A stretch of 64,000 nucleotides of DNA from Phaeosaccion multiseriatum (GCA_965112735.1 OZ218958.1:806001-870000), one strand, 5' to 3'. Positions 44,342 through 58,125 are shown, counted from the stretch's first letter. The notes: a model not told the origin generated them from the sequence alone. Made by a program: numbers and translations.

Positions 44342-45699
44342 CGGCAGCAGCTTCGAGGAGAAGAAAGAGTATGGGGCGCTGGAGAGTTTCCGAGCCGAGT
44401 TGAAGGAGGACCAGAAGGTCAAATTGGAGAAGGACATGCAGGCCGAAAGTGGGTACGTACCTTTACTGGGTTGTTCAGTACCCGAGGTTCGAGTTTGAGT
44501 CTGAGTTTGAGGTCTCAGAGTCATTGGACTGGGCTGGGCCCACCATTCCATACAACCCCACATCAGGTTCATCAGTTTCATCAGTTTCATCAGTTTCATC
44601 TGTCGCGAGCTCTGACTGAGCACCCCCCCCCGTCATCAGAGACGCACACTCACCAAGGGATTGCTTGTGTCGACACCCTCTCGGGGGGCACAGGGCTTTC
44701 CGTCCATTCCATTGCCCTTTCCTCTCAACTCTTATCTTCTCTTTCCTTCCCATCCCTTCTCTGCCCTCCTCTCCTTCGCCTTCCTCTTCCTCTTTCCCCG
44801 ACGACGACGACGACGACGACGAACTGAGAAGGGGCTATGTGCACTACTGGAACTTTGGATCCAACCCCGACAACGTTGTTAAACACTATCAGCACGGCCT
44901 TTTGGAGTCGACGGGGGCGGACATTGACTCAGAGGACGGAGTTGCCTACCCCGGTACGTACTTGAGTGATTGGTTGACTTGATTCATTGATTGATGGGTT
45001 GATCGATCGATTGGATGATTGATTGATTGATTGATTGATGGGTTGATCGATCGATTGGATGATTGATTGATTGAATGATGGGTGGATCGATCGATTGGAT
45101 GATTGATTGATTGATTGAATTATGGGTTGATCGATCGATTGGATGATTGATCGATTGATTGATTGATTGATTGATGGGTTGATCGATCGATTGGATGATT
45201 GATTGATTGATTGATGGGTTGATCGATCGATTGGATGATTGATTGATTGATTGATTGAATGATGGGTTGATCGATCGATTGGATGATTGATTGATTGATT
45301 GATGGGTTGATCGATTGGATGATTGATGTATTGATCCTTCTCCTTCTCCTCCTCCCTCCTCCTCTTCCTCCTCCTCCTCCTCCTCCTCTCCTCCTCCTCC
45401 TCCTTCTCCTCCTCCTCCTCCTCCTCCTCCTTCTCCTTCTCCTCCTCCTCCCCCCCCCCCTCCTCCTCCTCCTCCTCCTCCTCCTTCTCCTCCTCCTCCT
45501 CCTCCTCCTCCTCTTCTTCCTCCTCCTCCTTCTCCTCCTCCTCCTCCCCCTCCTCCTCCTCCTTTTCTTCTTCTTTCTCTTCTCCTCAGAGCAAGTGGTG
45601 GTGGGCGTGAACGGCGTCTGGGGCTTCTTCCAACCAGATTTGGATGATGGTTCTGTTCAGCAGAAGCTCGAGAGGATTAATTTGTTAAGGTACAAATGA
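40497..45699 (+). CDS. Hypothetical protein, possibly mitochondrial (Arg-rich N-terminus; weak resemblance to Tim44/MAIP1-like proteins)
   Basis: Phase-compatible exon chain ~40497-40856, 41061-41090, 41199-41291, 41519-41623, 42070-42279, 43555-43651, 44022-44452, 44832-44953, ~45590-45699. The 3' end is uncertain; an optional further exon at ~45958-46178 lies inside the retroelement. Confidence 0.55.
44965..45335. repeat. GATT/GATC compound minisatellite (unit ~36-44 bp), intronic
   Basis: Repeated TGATGGGTTGATCGATCGATTGGATGATTGATTGAT. Confidence 0.9.
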
Positions 45700-45974
45700 T
45701 TCGTAGCCCAGGGCATGCCTGTGGGGTGCGAGGGAGGACACGGGAGGTACATGTGAAGGGAAAGTTCTGCAGCCTTCCAATCTAAGTTTCAGTTTCAGTG
45801 TAATCAAAAGAAAAGTGTTGTTGCTGTTGAAGGTCGGATGCTCCTGAGTCTTTAGACACGCTGCTCCTTGGGGTACCAGAAGCACACAAAACGAGGAAAC
45901 TGAAAGTGTGTGTGTGTGTGTGTGTGTGTGTTTGTGTGTGAGTGCGTGTGTCTCTAGGGGCCACTGGGGGCCTG

Positions 45975-46660
45975 TTACTCCCCCGCCTGGTCGGGGGGGG
46001 GGGGCGCTGGTCCGGCGCCGCGGTTGAGCCGTCCCAGGAAGGCGCGCTCTCGCTCCGAGAGCCACATCTGGTGGCTACAGCTGACGAGACGGCGAAGTCT
46101 GGTCATGACGTGACCTTTGGTGGTGGAGGAGCCAGTGCGGCCCGTGCGGGAGACAATGTGTTCGGCGAGGGCGTGTAGGAGTGACTGTGCCTGCGCGCCG
46201 AGTCGTCCGTGGGTCTCGATGGCGAAGGTGGTGAGGCGAACAAGCTCTCGGTCGTAGTTGTTTGCGTAGTTCCGCTCCTTGCGGGTCCCGCTAAAAGCAG
46301 CTGCTGCTCACGGTCTGGTTCCTTTTTTCCCATTCAAGGCCGTCCTGCAGATGTTGTTGCTCAGGGTTAGATCGAGCAAACAAGTCGGGCCCTCCTGGGC
46401 AATAAAGGCAGTTGACGCCGAGGGAGCGTCGGAGGGCTCCACCATGTCTTGTGGGCCGGCATGGAGACCTCGTCCCGGTGAGGTGGCGATGAAGCCCATC
46501 GCGCCGGGGCTGCCCTGGCTGAGGTGTCGTGCCTTGGGTGCTCGGCGAGGTTGAGACCTCCGTAACAATTGTCTACTGGGAGGCCGACAATGATCAAGCC
46601 GCCGTCCTCGACGATGGTGCCACCGGTGAGATTGACGAAGGCGCGCTCTTCCTGGGTGAT
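45975..46660 (-). mobile_element. Decayed non-LTR retrotransposon fragment with restriction-like endonuclease (CRE/R2-group)
   Basis: Minus-strand translation gives ..DGGLIIVGLPV (RT C-terminus-like) fused to ..CLLDLTL..RP*AAAAFSGTRKERNYANNY..LTTFAIETHGRLGAQAQSLLHALAEH..RLRRLVSCSHQ, which matches the RLE C-terminal pattern (LDVT..AA...K..KY..F.(I/V)ET.G.LG). It has an in-frame TGA at 46310-46308, a frameshift and an internal deletion, and its 3' end abuts (CA)n. Confidence 0.75.
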
Positions 46661-47187
46661 TTCTGCTCCCTCCCCCCGTTCGTACCGTTATTATGTTATT
46701 ATGCATGCCGTGCTCTGCTGATGAGGGGAACAAAAAATAAATGGGACAACAATGAGGCAAATGCAGAAAATTTCAGTTTTCATTCCGCCCCCCCCTGGTT
46801 TCGGCCCTCGCCTTTTTTTCCAACTCTACCCTCGCACGCGATAAGACAAGGTGGGTGCATGTGCGTGGGTGCGTGGTTACGTGAGTGGGTCAGCGGAGGG
46901 GCACGGAGGCGTGTCCGTGCACCGGGACTGGGCCCCATTGAGACATCAAAGGCGCAAGTGCGTGGCAACATGAAAAAGGCCTCTCTCTCTCGTTTGCTCG
47001 CTCTCATTCTCTTTTGTCTGCCTGTCTTCTCTTGGTTGATCTGCCCCTCTGCCCCTCTTTCTACGCCTCTTTGTGCCTCTCCCTCTCTCCCTCTCTGTCC
47101 CTCTTTTCATCTCTGTTTACCTCTGTCTCCCGCCTGTCTGTTCAGAGAGAAGACAACGTAAAGAGACACAAAGAAGGGCAACGGAAG

Positions 47188-47523
47188 ATGGTAAACCTTG
47201 GAGCTTTCCTCCTTGTGCTGACGAGCGTGAATGCTTTTACAGCTCCACTAGCACCCTTCGTCTCACAGCAGCTGCAGCAGAGAGGAGGAGCTTCCGAGAG
47301 CAGACGCACAGGAGCGACTGGGGCTTGGTCTGCTGCTGCCCGTGCCCCATGGACAGCTGCCCCAGTAGCAGCAAAACAAGGAACGGCCTTGCGGATGTCA
47401 GACGAGGAGGAGGAGGACCAAACAGAACTCAGAAAGATCTCACGGGCGGCGAGGAAGGCAGGGCCTGGGGATAGGGTGCTGGAGCTCGAGAAGGTGAGAG
47501 AGGAGCAGAGCAGCACGGGACGC

Positions 47524-47573
<50 letters not shown>

Positions 47574-49180
47574 ATGTGAGAGAGAGGAAGGGGGAGGGGA
47601 GAAGGAGGCCAGTGGAGCAGCAAGGATGCGGGTGTGTGTGAGAGAGAGAGAGAGGGAGAGGGAGTGGAGAAGTGTGCCCAGGGACGCAATTGTGTGCAAT
47701 GTGTGTGTCTGTGTATGTGTACATGTGAGAGAAAGGGAGAGAGGGAGGAGGGGGGGGCTTGGGGGTGGGGGGGGGGAGATGTATGCCCATGCCAGGACAC
47801 GGGCTGCTCGCCGGGGGAAAGGATCAAATTCTGTTACTAAAGGTGCAGTCCCTTTTCTTTTGCCATTCCGGACCCCCACCCACTCACCCACTCACAAATC
47901 CGCCCTCCTCATGTGCATACATATGCGTCGTCGCTCGCCCATACGTGCTCACTCAGCCATTGGGGTTACTCCTAGAAGAAGATGGCCAAGGAGACGTGTT
48001 CGTCGCCGAGGTCATTCCGGGGGGCAATGCGGAGGCGACCGGGAAGGTGAACGCAGGAGACAAGGTGGGTCAACCCATTTCATATATTCCATGCATCTGG
48101 CTTCATACATGGTATCAAGATGTGGTGTTTCCTGGATGTTGCAACGGTTGAGCATCGAATCGCAAGCATCCTTCATCTGGGCCCTGCCTTCCTCTTTGAT
48201 TTGGCAGACATTAGATGCAGCGCTCTGTTGCTTGCTGTGCTGAAGTCCCCATCCCCGCCCCCTGATGCTTAAAGGCTCTAGACCCTGATGCATGTATCAC
48301 GCGAAGTACTGAAAGTCGAGCCCCTGCAATATTAATCTCCTTTCCTTTCCCCTCTTCTTCCTTCCTTCAGGTGGTGTTCGTCTCTGCCACCTTTGGGGAG
48401 GACGTGTGGAGCTCCAGGGGGGTGGGCCTCACCAGAGTGCAATCCGCAATTCGGGTTAGTGAGTGAGTGAGTGAGTGGAGTGAGTGGTGGAGGAAGTGAG
48501 GGGGTGAGTGAGTGAGTGAGTGGAGTGAGTGAGTGGAGTGAGTGAGTGGGCGAGTGATTGCGTGAGTGGAGTGAGTGGGTGAGTCGGTGAGTCGGTGAGT
48601 GAGTGAGTGAGTGCGTGAGTGAGTGGGGGATTGACTGAGTGAGTGGGTGAGTGCGTGAGGGAGTGAGTGACTGCGTGACTGAGCGAGTGAGTGAGTGAGT
48701 GAGTGAGTGAGTGCGTGCGTGAGTGTATTATAGAGCGTGAGTGAGGGAGTGAGTGATTGGAGTGGAGTGGAGTGACTGACTGAGTGAGTGAGTGAATGAG
48801 TAGAAGGAGAAGTGCGGAGGGGTGAGGAGAAGTGAGGAGGAAGAGGAGGATGAGTGAGGAGGAAGAGGAGGGTGATTGAGGGGGAGGAAGGCAATGAAGA
48901 AGGAAGTGGGCGGGACCGATGGTCACGTGCTGAGTACAAACATCTTTTACCCTTCCTATCCTTTTCCCTCCTCCCTTATACTTCTCAGCTTCGTTCAGGA
49001 AAAACCGTGACTCTGGTTCTAGAGACGGGAGCGGAGAGCCGAGCTAAGGCGAGGAAGGCGACCGCAGTAGAGGGCGAGAAGAGGGAAGCGGAGGAAAGCG
49101 CTCAGGCGAAGAAGGACCGGCTGCTTCGGGAGCTCGAAGCAGATACCAAGAAGAGGAAGGGAATCTTCCGGATCTTCTGA
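47188..49180 (+). CDS. PDZ domain-containing protein, plastid-targeted (MET1-like PDZ), 229 aa
   Basis: Exons 47188-47493, 47957-48064, 48371-48454, 48989-49180. Signal peptide MVNLGAFLLVLTSVNA|FTAP. PDZ: ELEKPLGLLLEE..VFVAEVIPGGNA..GDKVVFVSATFGEDVW..VQSAIRLR. Confidence 0.85.
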
Positions 49181-50841
49181 TTAGATAGATAAGAGGAGGG
49201 GGGGGGGGGGGTCAAGTTAGAGGGTGGAAGGGGGAGTGGGTGTTTTTTTCATGCCTTTTTATTTATTTTTTTACGACGATGGGAACGGGATGAAACAGGG
49301 GGGGGGGGGGGGGGTGAAGGGTAGTTGAATGTATTAGTTTGGTTCTTTGGGTTGCTTTTGTGTATGAAATGATGTAGAGCGGAGGTGGGAGACTGGTGGG
49401 GGAAGGAGCAAGCCTGTGTAAAGAGGCGGGCCAAGTCTGGCATGGTCTGGGAAGCAGGTGATTTATGCCTTAAGGGTGTGCCAATGGAGCGCTGTGGAGC
49501 CATCTGTAAGCAGGAGGCGTGGGATCGGGGGGGTGGGGTGGTGGAGGGGCGGGGGAGGAGCTAAAGAACTAAAGAAGCAGAGGGGAGGCAGAAGAAGAGA
49601 GGGGCATACGTGCCAACAGACCTCCCGTGGTCTTTTTGTCCTGCCCTTCACTGCCCTCTGCCTTCTCCCAATCCCTCTCTTTCGGTGGAGTCGACAGGAC
49701 AGAAGGGCTTTTTTATACATCACCGCAGCAACACAGCGACAAGACAAGGGCACTTGAGAATACCCGCTATTGTAAGTAGTAAGTGTCCTTGAGCAATAGC
49801 AGCAGCAACATGATCAAGTTCAAACTGTTAGCTATTGATCCGCGATAGCTCAATAGCGTGTCAGGGGTTGAAAGGAAGAGTCAGATCGACCGCTGACGCA
49901 CGTCTTGGGAGCATGCTACCGGGCCCTACTGCCGGCCGAGCGGCAGCACGCCGGCGGCGACAGCTGATGGGTTGGCCGGCCGGCCGGTCGGCCGGGAGCG
50001 GTAGCAGGTCAAGGCCGGCTGACGCCGGCGGTAGCAGGTAGCCCTTTGGGAGGCAGCACGTGGTATCTCGAACTCTCTTTTTCTCATCTCTCTCTCAACG
50101 TGCCATCCTGTCAAATTCGGGGGGGGGCTCAAAACTAAAACTCCGCTGTGTTCGTACCCCAGACGGGACGCGGAGCGGGGAACAGAAAGAAACGCAACAA
50201 CCCATTCGGGGAGCGTTGGCGAGTAACGCGTCTTTTAGGGTAGGCGTAATAGACTCGCTTCTTGAGAAAACTGGGGCGTGTCATATATATGGAAGACTGG
50301 GGGGAGGACGTGCACATAGTCCTTGAGCAGCCCCCTTCGTCCCCCAAGACTTCCCCCCTTGCCCTGAGGCTCTGGTCAGGGTTGGACTGATCCTTACAGA
50401 GGAGCTAGGAGAAGAGAGAGGGGGAAGGAGGGGGGAGAGGGAAGAGGGGACGCTCCTCCGTGGAGCGCTGACGACGAGGTGAGACAGCTTGCCCTTTTTG
50501 AGACGAGGCACTAGCGGCGCTGCTTCACACCTCGCTTCCTGCGACGCTACAGTCACCGCAGAGATATCTGTCCCTTTCTCCGACGCTGCGGGTGTGGCGG
50601 AGAGGCACCAGTCCACAATGAATTGCGCTACATAGAGTTCGACTTGTACACTACTACCCCCCCCCTCTCCCCCCTTTCCCCTCTCTCTCTCATTCTCCTC
50701 TCCCCCCCCAATCCCCTCCCTCGCTCCAATCCTCTCTCCTCTCCTCCCAGGCACCACATGTCTCATCAGAGTAGTGCCAGGCAAGGGCAAGGGGGGCGGT
50801 GAACTACACGGGATGCAGTAAGCTCCCGCACGCACGCGCAA

Positions 50842-53800
50842 ATGCGGGTATTCAGCTGGGCTGCTCTGCTGCTGGGGGTGGTGCATCAGAGCTTCCACTC
50901 CTCCATTGCAGGTAGCTGACGCTCCTGGTTATCCAGGGCAAGGGCAAATACATGCATCAACACTCCTCCCTCTTCAAGTCCCCTTCGACTCCACTCTAAC
51001 ACCCTCTCCCCCGCCCGCCCCGCTCGCCTGTTTCCAGCGACGCCCCCCCTTTCTCCAGCGGGCCCTACTACTTACTTCATTGACAATGACTGGCTGGTGT
51101 ACGGCGCAAAGACGAACGACCTTGCCTTTGTCGATGTGGAGAGTGCCATCCTTGCTGCCCTGGAGGAGGAGGGCTTCCTCCCCACTGCCGAGCTCAAATA
51201 CATGTTCGACCGCTGGATGGCACCAGACGAGCAGCAGGAGCTGGGGGTGGTGCAAATGCATGTGACTTTGGGTCCCTTTCCAACGGGACAAGAGGCCGAG
51301 GCGGCAGGGAGAGCCTTCATTCTGATGGGCAGCGGGGCACAGAGTACTCTACTGCAGCTCCTACAGGATGTGAGTGAGGACATTGTCTACATGTTGGGCT
51401 CTCTGACAGGCAGTGAGGCGTTACAGTTCGGAGATGACGAGTACCTTCCTGTTTACATGGAGTCAACTCAGTACAGGGCCTTTGATTTCACCGTTACGGT
51501 CATCTTCTCGGGCGAGGTGCGGCTGACTGAAGCTGCAGGGGATGGACAGGTCTCGCCATGCTCGGCGCTCTTCTCCCTGCCCAACGCGCTGGACCTGTCT
51601 CTCTCCACATCGACATGTACGCTCCTTGCCACGAGTACAGAGCTGCTGCTCTCGCTCGACCCTCAGGTCTTTGGGGTGATGGGGGAGAACAACACAAGTG
51701 TTTCTTACGGTGTGGACGTGAGTGTGTTGGGTGACGTGTTGGAGCTACAGGGGGGGGTGCTTGTGGGGACTGTGTCAGATATCCCCCTGTTCCGCCACTG
51801 GGTAGGGATGGAGGCGATGCACACACCGTCCTACGTGGACAGTGAATGGCTCGTGTACGGAGCGACGGCGGATACTCTGGGGGTGGAGGAGGTGGAGAGT
51901 GCCGTCCTTTCTGCGATGGAGGAGGAGGGCTTCCTCCCCGCCGTGGAAATCAGGTCCCTCTCCGATGGTTGGGTGTTTTCAGATGGCAGCAGAGGGAGCA
52001 CAGACGAGCTGGGGCAAGAGCCGCAACTGGGGGTGGTGCAAATGCTCGTGACTCTGGGTCCCTTTCCGTCGATAGAAGAGGCGGAGGTGGCAGGGAGGGC
52101 TTTCGCTCTGACCGGCAGCGGGACACAGGAGACTCTGCTGCGGCGCCTCCAAGGCGTGAGTGAGGATGTTGTCTACATGTTGGGCTCTGTCATCGGCGAG
52201 GGGGAGGACCTCTTCGAAGCAGCCGAGTATCTTCCTGCGTACATGGAGTCGGTTCAGTACAGGGCCTTTGCTTTCACCGTTACGGTCATCTTCTCGGGCG
52301 AGGTGCGGCTGGCTGACGCTGAAGCCGGGGACTCTGCTGCCGCTGCAGCCGCAGGGGATGGACAGGTCTTGCCATGCTCGGCGCTCTTCTCCCTGCCCAA
52401 CGCGCTGGACCTGTCTCTCTCGACATCGACATGTACGCTCCTTGCCACGAGTACAGAGCTGCTGCTCTCTCTCGACCCTCAGGTCTTTGGGGTTATGGGG
52501 GAGAACAACACAAGTGTTTCTTACGGAGTGGACGCGAGTGTGTTGGGTGACGTGTTGGAGCTACAGGGGGGGGTGCTTGTCGGGACTGAGTCAGATATCC
52601 CCCTGTTCCGCCACTGGGTAGGGATGGAGGCGATGCACACACCGTCCTACGTGGACAGTGAATGGCTCGTGTTCGGAGCGACGGCGGATACTCTGGGGGT
52701 GGAGGAGGTGGAGAGTGCCGTCCTTTCTGCGATGGAGGAGGAGGGCTTCCTCCCCACCGTGGAGACCAGGTCCCTCTCCGATGGCTGGGTGTTTTCAGAT
52801 TGCAGCAGAGGGAGCACAGACGAGCTGGGGCAAGAGCCGCAACTGGGGGTGGTGCAAATGCTCGTGACTCTGGGTCCCTTTCCGTCGATAGAAGAGGCGG
52901 AGGCGGCAGGGAGGGCTTTCGCTCTGACCGGCAGCGGGGCACAGGAAACGCTGCTGCGGCGCCTCCAAGGCGTGAGTGAGGATGTTGTCTACATGTTGGG
53001 CTCTGTCATCGGCGAGGGGGAGGACCTCTTCGAAGCAGCCGAGTATCTTCCTGCGTACATGGAGTCTGTTCAGTACAGGGCCTTTGATTTCATCGTTACG
53101 GTCATCTTCTCGGGCGAGGTGCGGCTGGCTGACGCTGAAGCCGGGGACTCTGCTGCCGCTGCAGCCGCAGGGGATGGACAGGTCTTGCCATGCTCGGCGC
53201 TCTTCTCCCTGCCCAACGCGCTGGACCTGTCTCTCTCGACATCGACATGTACGCTCCTTGCCACGAGTACAGAGCTACTGCTGTCGCTCGACCCTCAGGT
53301 CTTTGGGGTTATGGGGGAGAACAACACAAGTGTTTCTTACGGAGTGGACGCGAGTGTGTTGGGTGACGTGTTGGAGCTACAGGGGGGGGTGCTTGTCGGG
53401 ACTGAGTCAGACATCCCCCTGTTCCGCCACTGGGTAGGGATGGAGGCGATGCACACACCGTCCTACGTGGACAGTGAATGGCTCGTGTACGGAGCAACGG
53501 CGGATACTCTGGGGGTGGAGGAGGTGGAGAGTGCCGTCCTTGCTGCGATGGAGGAGGAGGGCTTCCTCCCCGCCGTGGAGATCAGGTCCCTCTCCGATGG
53601 CTGGGTGTTTTCAGATGGCAGCAGAGGGAGCACAGACGAGCTGGGGCAAGAGCCGCAACTGGGGGTAGTGCAAATGCTCGTGACTCTGGGTCCCTTTCCG
53701 TCGGTAGAAGAGGCGGAGGCGGCAGGGAGGGCTTTCGCTCTGACCGGCAGCGGGGCACAGGAAACGCTGCTGCGGCGCCTCCAAGGCGTGAGTGAGGATG

Positions 53801-56261
53801 TTGTCTACATGTTGGGCTCTGTCATCGGCGAGGGGGAGGACCTCTTCGAAGCAGCCGAGTACCTTCCTGCGTACATGGAGTCTGTTCAGTACAGGGCCTT
53901 TGATTTCACCGTTACGGTCATCTTCTCAGGCGAGGTGCGGCTGGCTAACGCTGAAGCCGGGGACTCTGCTGCCGCTGCAGCCGCAGGGGATGGACAGGTC
54001 TTGCCATGCTCGGCGCTCTTCTCCCTGCCCAACGCGCTGGACCTGTCTCTCTCGACATCGACATGTACGCTCCTTGCCACGAGTACAGAGCTGCTGCTGT
54101 CGCTCGACCCTCAGGTCTTTGGGGTTATGGGGGAGAACAACACAAGTGTTTCTTACGGCGTGGACGTGAGTGTGTTGGGTGACGTGTTGGAGCTACAGGG
54201 GGGGGTGCTTGTCGGGACTGAGTCAGACATCCCCCTGTTCCGCCACTGGGTAGGGATGGAGGCGATGCACACACCGTCCTACGTGGACAGTGAATGGCTC
54301 GTGTACGGAGCAACGGCGGATACTCTGGGGGTGGAGGAGGTGGAGAGTGCCGTCCTCGCTGCGATGGAGGAGGAGGGCTTCCTCCCCGCCGTGGAGATCA
54401 GGTCCCTCTCCGATGGCTGGGTGTTTTCAGATGGCAGCAGAGGGAGCACAGACGAGCTGGGGCAAGAGCCGCAACTGGGGGTGGTGCAAATGCTCGCGAC
54501 TCTGGGTCCCTTTCCGTCGATAGAAGAGGCGGAGGCGGCAGGGAGGGCTTTCGCTCTGACCGGCAGCGGGGCACAGGAAACGCTGCTGCGGCGCCTCCAA
54601 GGCGTGAGTGAGTACGTTGTCTACATGTTGGGCTCTGTCATCGGCGAGGGGGAGGACCTCTTCGAAGCAGCCGAGTATCTTCCTGCGTACATGGAGTCTG
54701 TTCAGTACAGGGCCTTTGATTTCACCGTTACGGTCATCTTCTCGGGCGAGGTGCGGCTGACTGAAGCTGCAGGGGATGGACAGGTCTCGCCATGCTCGGC
54801 GCTCTTCTCCCTGCCCAACGCGCTGGACCTGTCTCTCTCGACATCGACATGTACGCTCCTTGCCACGAGTACAGAGCTGCTGCTCTCGCTCGACCCTCAG
54901 GTCTTTGGGGTTATGGGGGAGAACGACACAAGTGTTTCTTACGGCGTGGACGTGAGTGTGTTGGGTGACGTGTTGGAGCTACAGGGGGGGGTGCTTGTCG
55001 GGACTGAGTCAGACATCCCCCTGTTCCGCCACTGGGTAGGGATGGAGGCGATGCACACACCGTCCTACGTGGACAGTGAATGGCTCGTGTACGGAGCGAC
55101 GGCGGATACTCTGGGGGTGGAGGAGGTGGAGAGTGCCGTCCTTGCTGCGATGGAGGAGGAGGGCTTCCTCCCCGCCGTGGAGATCAGGTCCCTCTCCGAT
55201 GGCTGGGTGTTTTCAGATGGCAGCAGAGGGAGCACAGACGAGCTGGGGCAAGAGCCGCAACTGGGGGTGGTGCAAATGCTCGTGACTCTGGGTCCCTTTC
55301 CGTCGATAGAAGAGGCGGAGGCGGCAGGGAGGGCTTTCGCTCTGACCGGCAGCGGGACACAGGAGACTCTACTGCGGCGCCTCCAAGGCGTGAGTGAGGA
55401 TGTTGTCTACATGTTGGGCTCTGTCATCGGCGAGGGGGAGGACCTCTTTGAAGCAGCCGAGTACCTTCCTGCGTACATGGAGTCGGTTCAGTACAGGGCC
55501 TTTGATTTCACCGTTACGGTCATCTTCTCAGGCGAGGTGCGGCTGACTGAAGCTGCAGGGGATGGACAGGTCTCGCCATGCTCGGCGCTCTTCTCCCTGC
55601 CCAACTCATTGGACCTACCAACCGATAACACGACGGTTTCAATGCTGGCCACGTCGACCTGCACGCTCCTTCCCACAACCTCCCTCCCCAATGATACGGT
55701 CATCGTCCTCAGCACCAGCGAAGGAGACGAAGCCTTTCCTTCCACGACGACGACGACGAGTAGCAGAGCCATGCTGCTCTCTCTCGACCCGCAGGTCTTT
55801 GGAGAGAACAACCCAGGCACGGACGACGCCACCTACGGTGTAGACGTGAGTGTGTTGGGTGACGTGTTGGAGCTACAAGGGGGGGTGCTGGTGGGGACTG
55901 AGTCAAACATCCCCCTGTTCCGCCACTGGGTGGGGATGGAGGTGTTGACGGAGCCGGCTTCTTTGGTACGGCCCCTGATTGTGGACGTTGGGGGGGCAAG
56001 TCTGTCGAGTCTCCTTGTGTCCACGGCAAGCACCAATTTCACCCTCGACGCTTCCGACTCGGATGTACCCACGACAAGCGAGGAGGACGGCAGGTGAGGC
56101 GATGGGTGGAGGCATTTCAGCATAATGGGGACAGATAAGGGGAGGGCCGGTGTAGAGAGACAGATTGACTCATTGACTGACTGGCTTACTGACTGACTGA
56201 CTGACTGACTGATTGACTGACTGACTGATTGACTAACTGATTGACTGATTGACTGACTGAT

Positions 56262-56297
<36 letters not shown>

Positions 56298-56585
56298 TGA
56301 CTGACTGACTGACTGACTGGTTGACTGACCGACTGACTACCCTCCCGCCCTCCCTTCCCCGTCTTTCGCTGCGTGTGCTTCTCTTCGTCCACAGCCCGCC
56401 GCCGGATCTGCAGTTCCGCTGGACGTGTGTCAGTGTAGACGATGGGCAGGACTGCGGCCTCCCTCTCGCAGACGAAGCCGTCCTCACTCTCCAGGTGGGT
56501 GGGAGTTCCGTTCCACTTTTTTCCAACTCGTAGGACGGCCCGTGGTGACTCCGACAGTCTTGATTGAGCCTTGGTGGGGGAGGAG

Positions 56586-56642
<57 letters not shown>

Positions 56643-56738
56643 TTCCCTCTCTCTCTCTCTCTCTCGCTCTCTCTCTCTGTCTCTCTCTCCCTTTCTCTCT
56701 CTCTCTCTCTCGCTCTCTCTCTCTTCTCCCTCTCTCTC

Positions 56739-56800
<62 letters not shown>

Positions 56801-56821
56801 TCTCGCTCTCACTCTCTCTCC

Positions 56822-56858
<37 letters not shown>

Positions 56859-57185
56859 GCTCTCACTCTCTCTCCCATCTTCCCTCCACCTCCTCCCTCC
56901 CCTCCCAGACGAGCTCCTTCGCAGAGGGTGAATACCTCTTCACAGCACACGTTCGAGAGACCGGAGTAAGGGCAGAGAACTCCGCTTCTGTAACTGTAAG
57001 GGTGGTTGACAACCCTCTTCCTGCCCTCGACGTCATTGAGCTCGGAGAGGCACCGGGGCTGACGGGCATGAACAAGGTTAACCCGTTCAGGAAGCTCATT
57101 GTCAACGGCACTGTTGAGGTGAGAGGGAGGGAGAGATGGAGGAATGGAGGGAGCGATTCGTGCGCCGACTGCGGCTGTATCACCA

Positions 57186-57229
<44 letters not shown>

Positions 57230-58093
57230 TGGCACTGACATTCTCCGTCCGTCCGTCCTTCCTTTCCCTCCTCCCCCCCCTCCCTCCCTTCATACGCGCA
57301 CTTACGTATCCATCCATCTCCCCCCCTCTCCATCCCCCCTCCCCAAGTCCTTCATCGAGGACGTGTCCGTCCTGGCCGAGTGGCGTATCACCAACGGTTC
57401 TCTCATCGACGACGCCCCCCTCTCTTCCGCCAGCTCCACCCCCGTTGTCTTGACGGTGGCGGCGCAGACACGTGAGCCCTTCTACCTGGTCATTCGGGCG
57501 GGGTTCCTGCAGCCGGCCTCCACCTACACCCTTGTTATGTCGGCAGCCTACGAGGGTTTCCCCACGCCTCGAGAGACATTGTGAGTTTGAGTTTGCATTG
57601 CATTTAGTTTGAGTTAGACGGGTTGGTAGGTGGTCCATTGATGGTGTTCAATATTATTTATGTAATTTCACATAAACTGAAAGATGAGAATGGAAGACTG
57701 GTAGGTGAGGTGGTTAGTTTTCTTGCTAGTCGTTTGGCGTGCACGTGTTCGCAAGTCAGCTCCTCATCCCCCACCCACCCACTGCCACCCCCCTGTCATC
57801 GGACGCGTCCCCTATCCACTGCCATCCCCCTCCCCTCGCCCATCCACTGCCATCCTCCTCCCCTCCATCCACTGCCATCTCCCCCTTTCCCCTCCCCTCC
57901 AGCATCACCTTCGATGTGAACGACCCTCCCGTGTCGGGTTCTCTCTCCGTGGAGCCTGCGCTATTTGTGAGTCTGCAGGAGGCAACCAACTTGACTGCCC
58001 CGGGGTGGACGGACAACCCAGAGGACCTCCCTCTGCGCTACAGGTAAGGAGGGGCACACACGCGCACATACCCACCTGAGACGCTTGTACACA

Positions 58094-58125
<32 letters not shown>

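Noticed and set aside
49985-50020. AGCAGGTCAA resembling SRP RNA helix 8
   Set aside because: The CAGG/GNRA partner and the Alu-domain 5' motif are absent.
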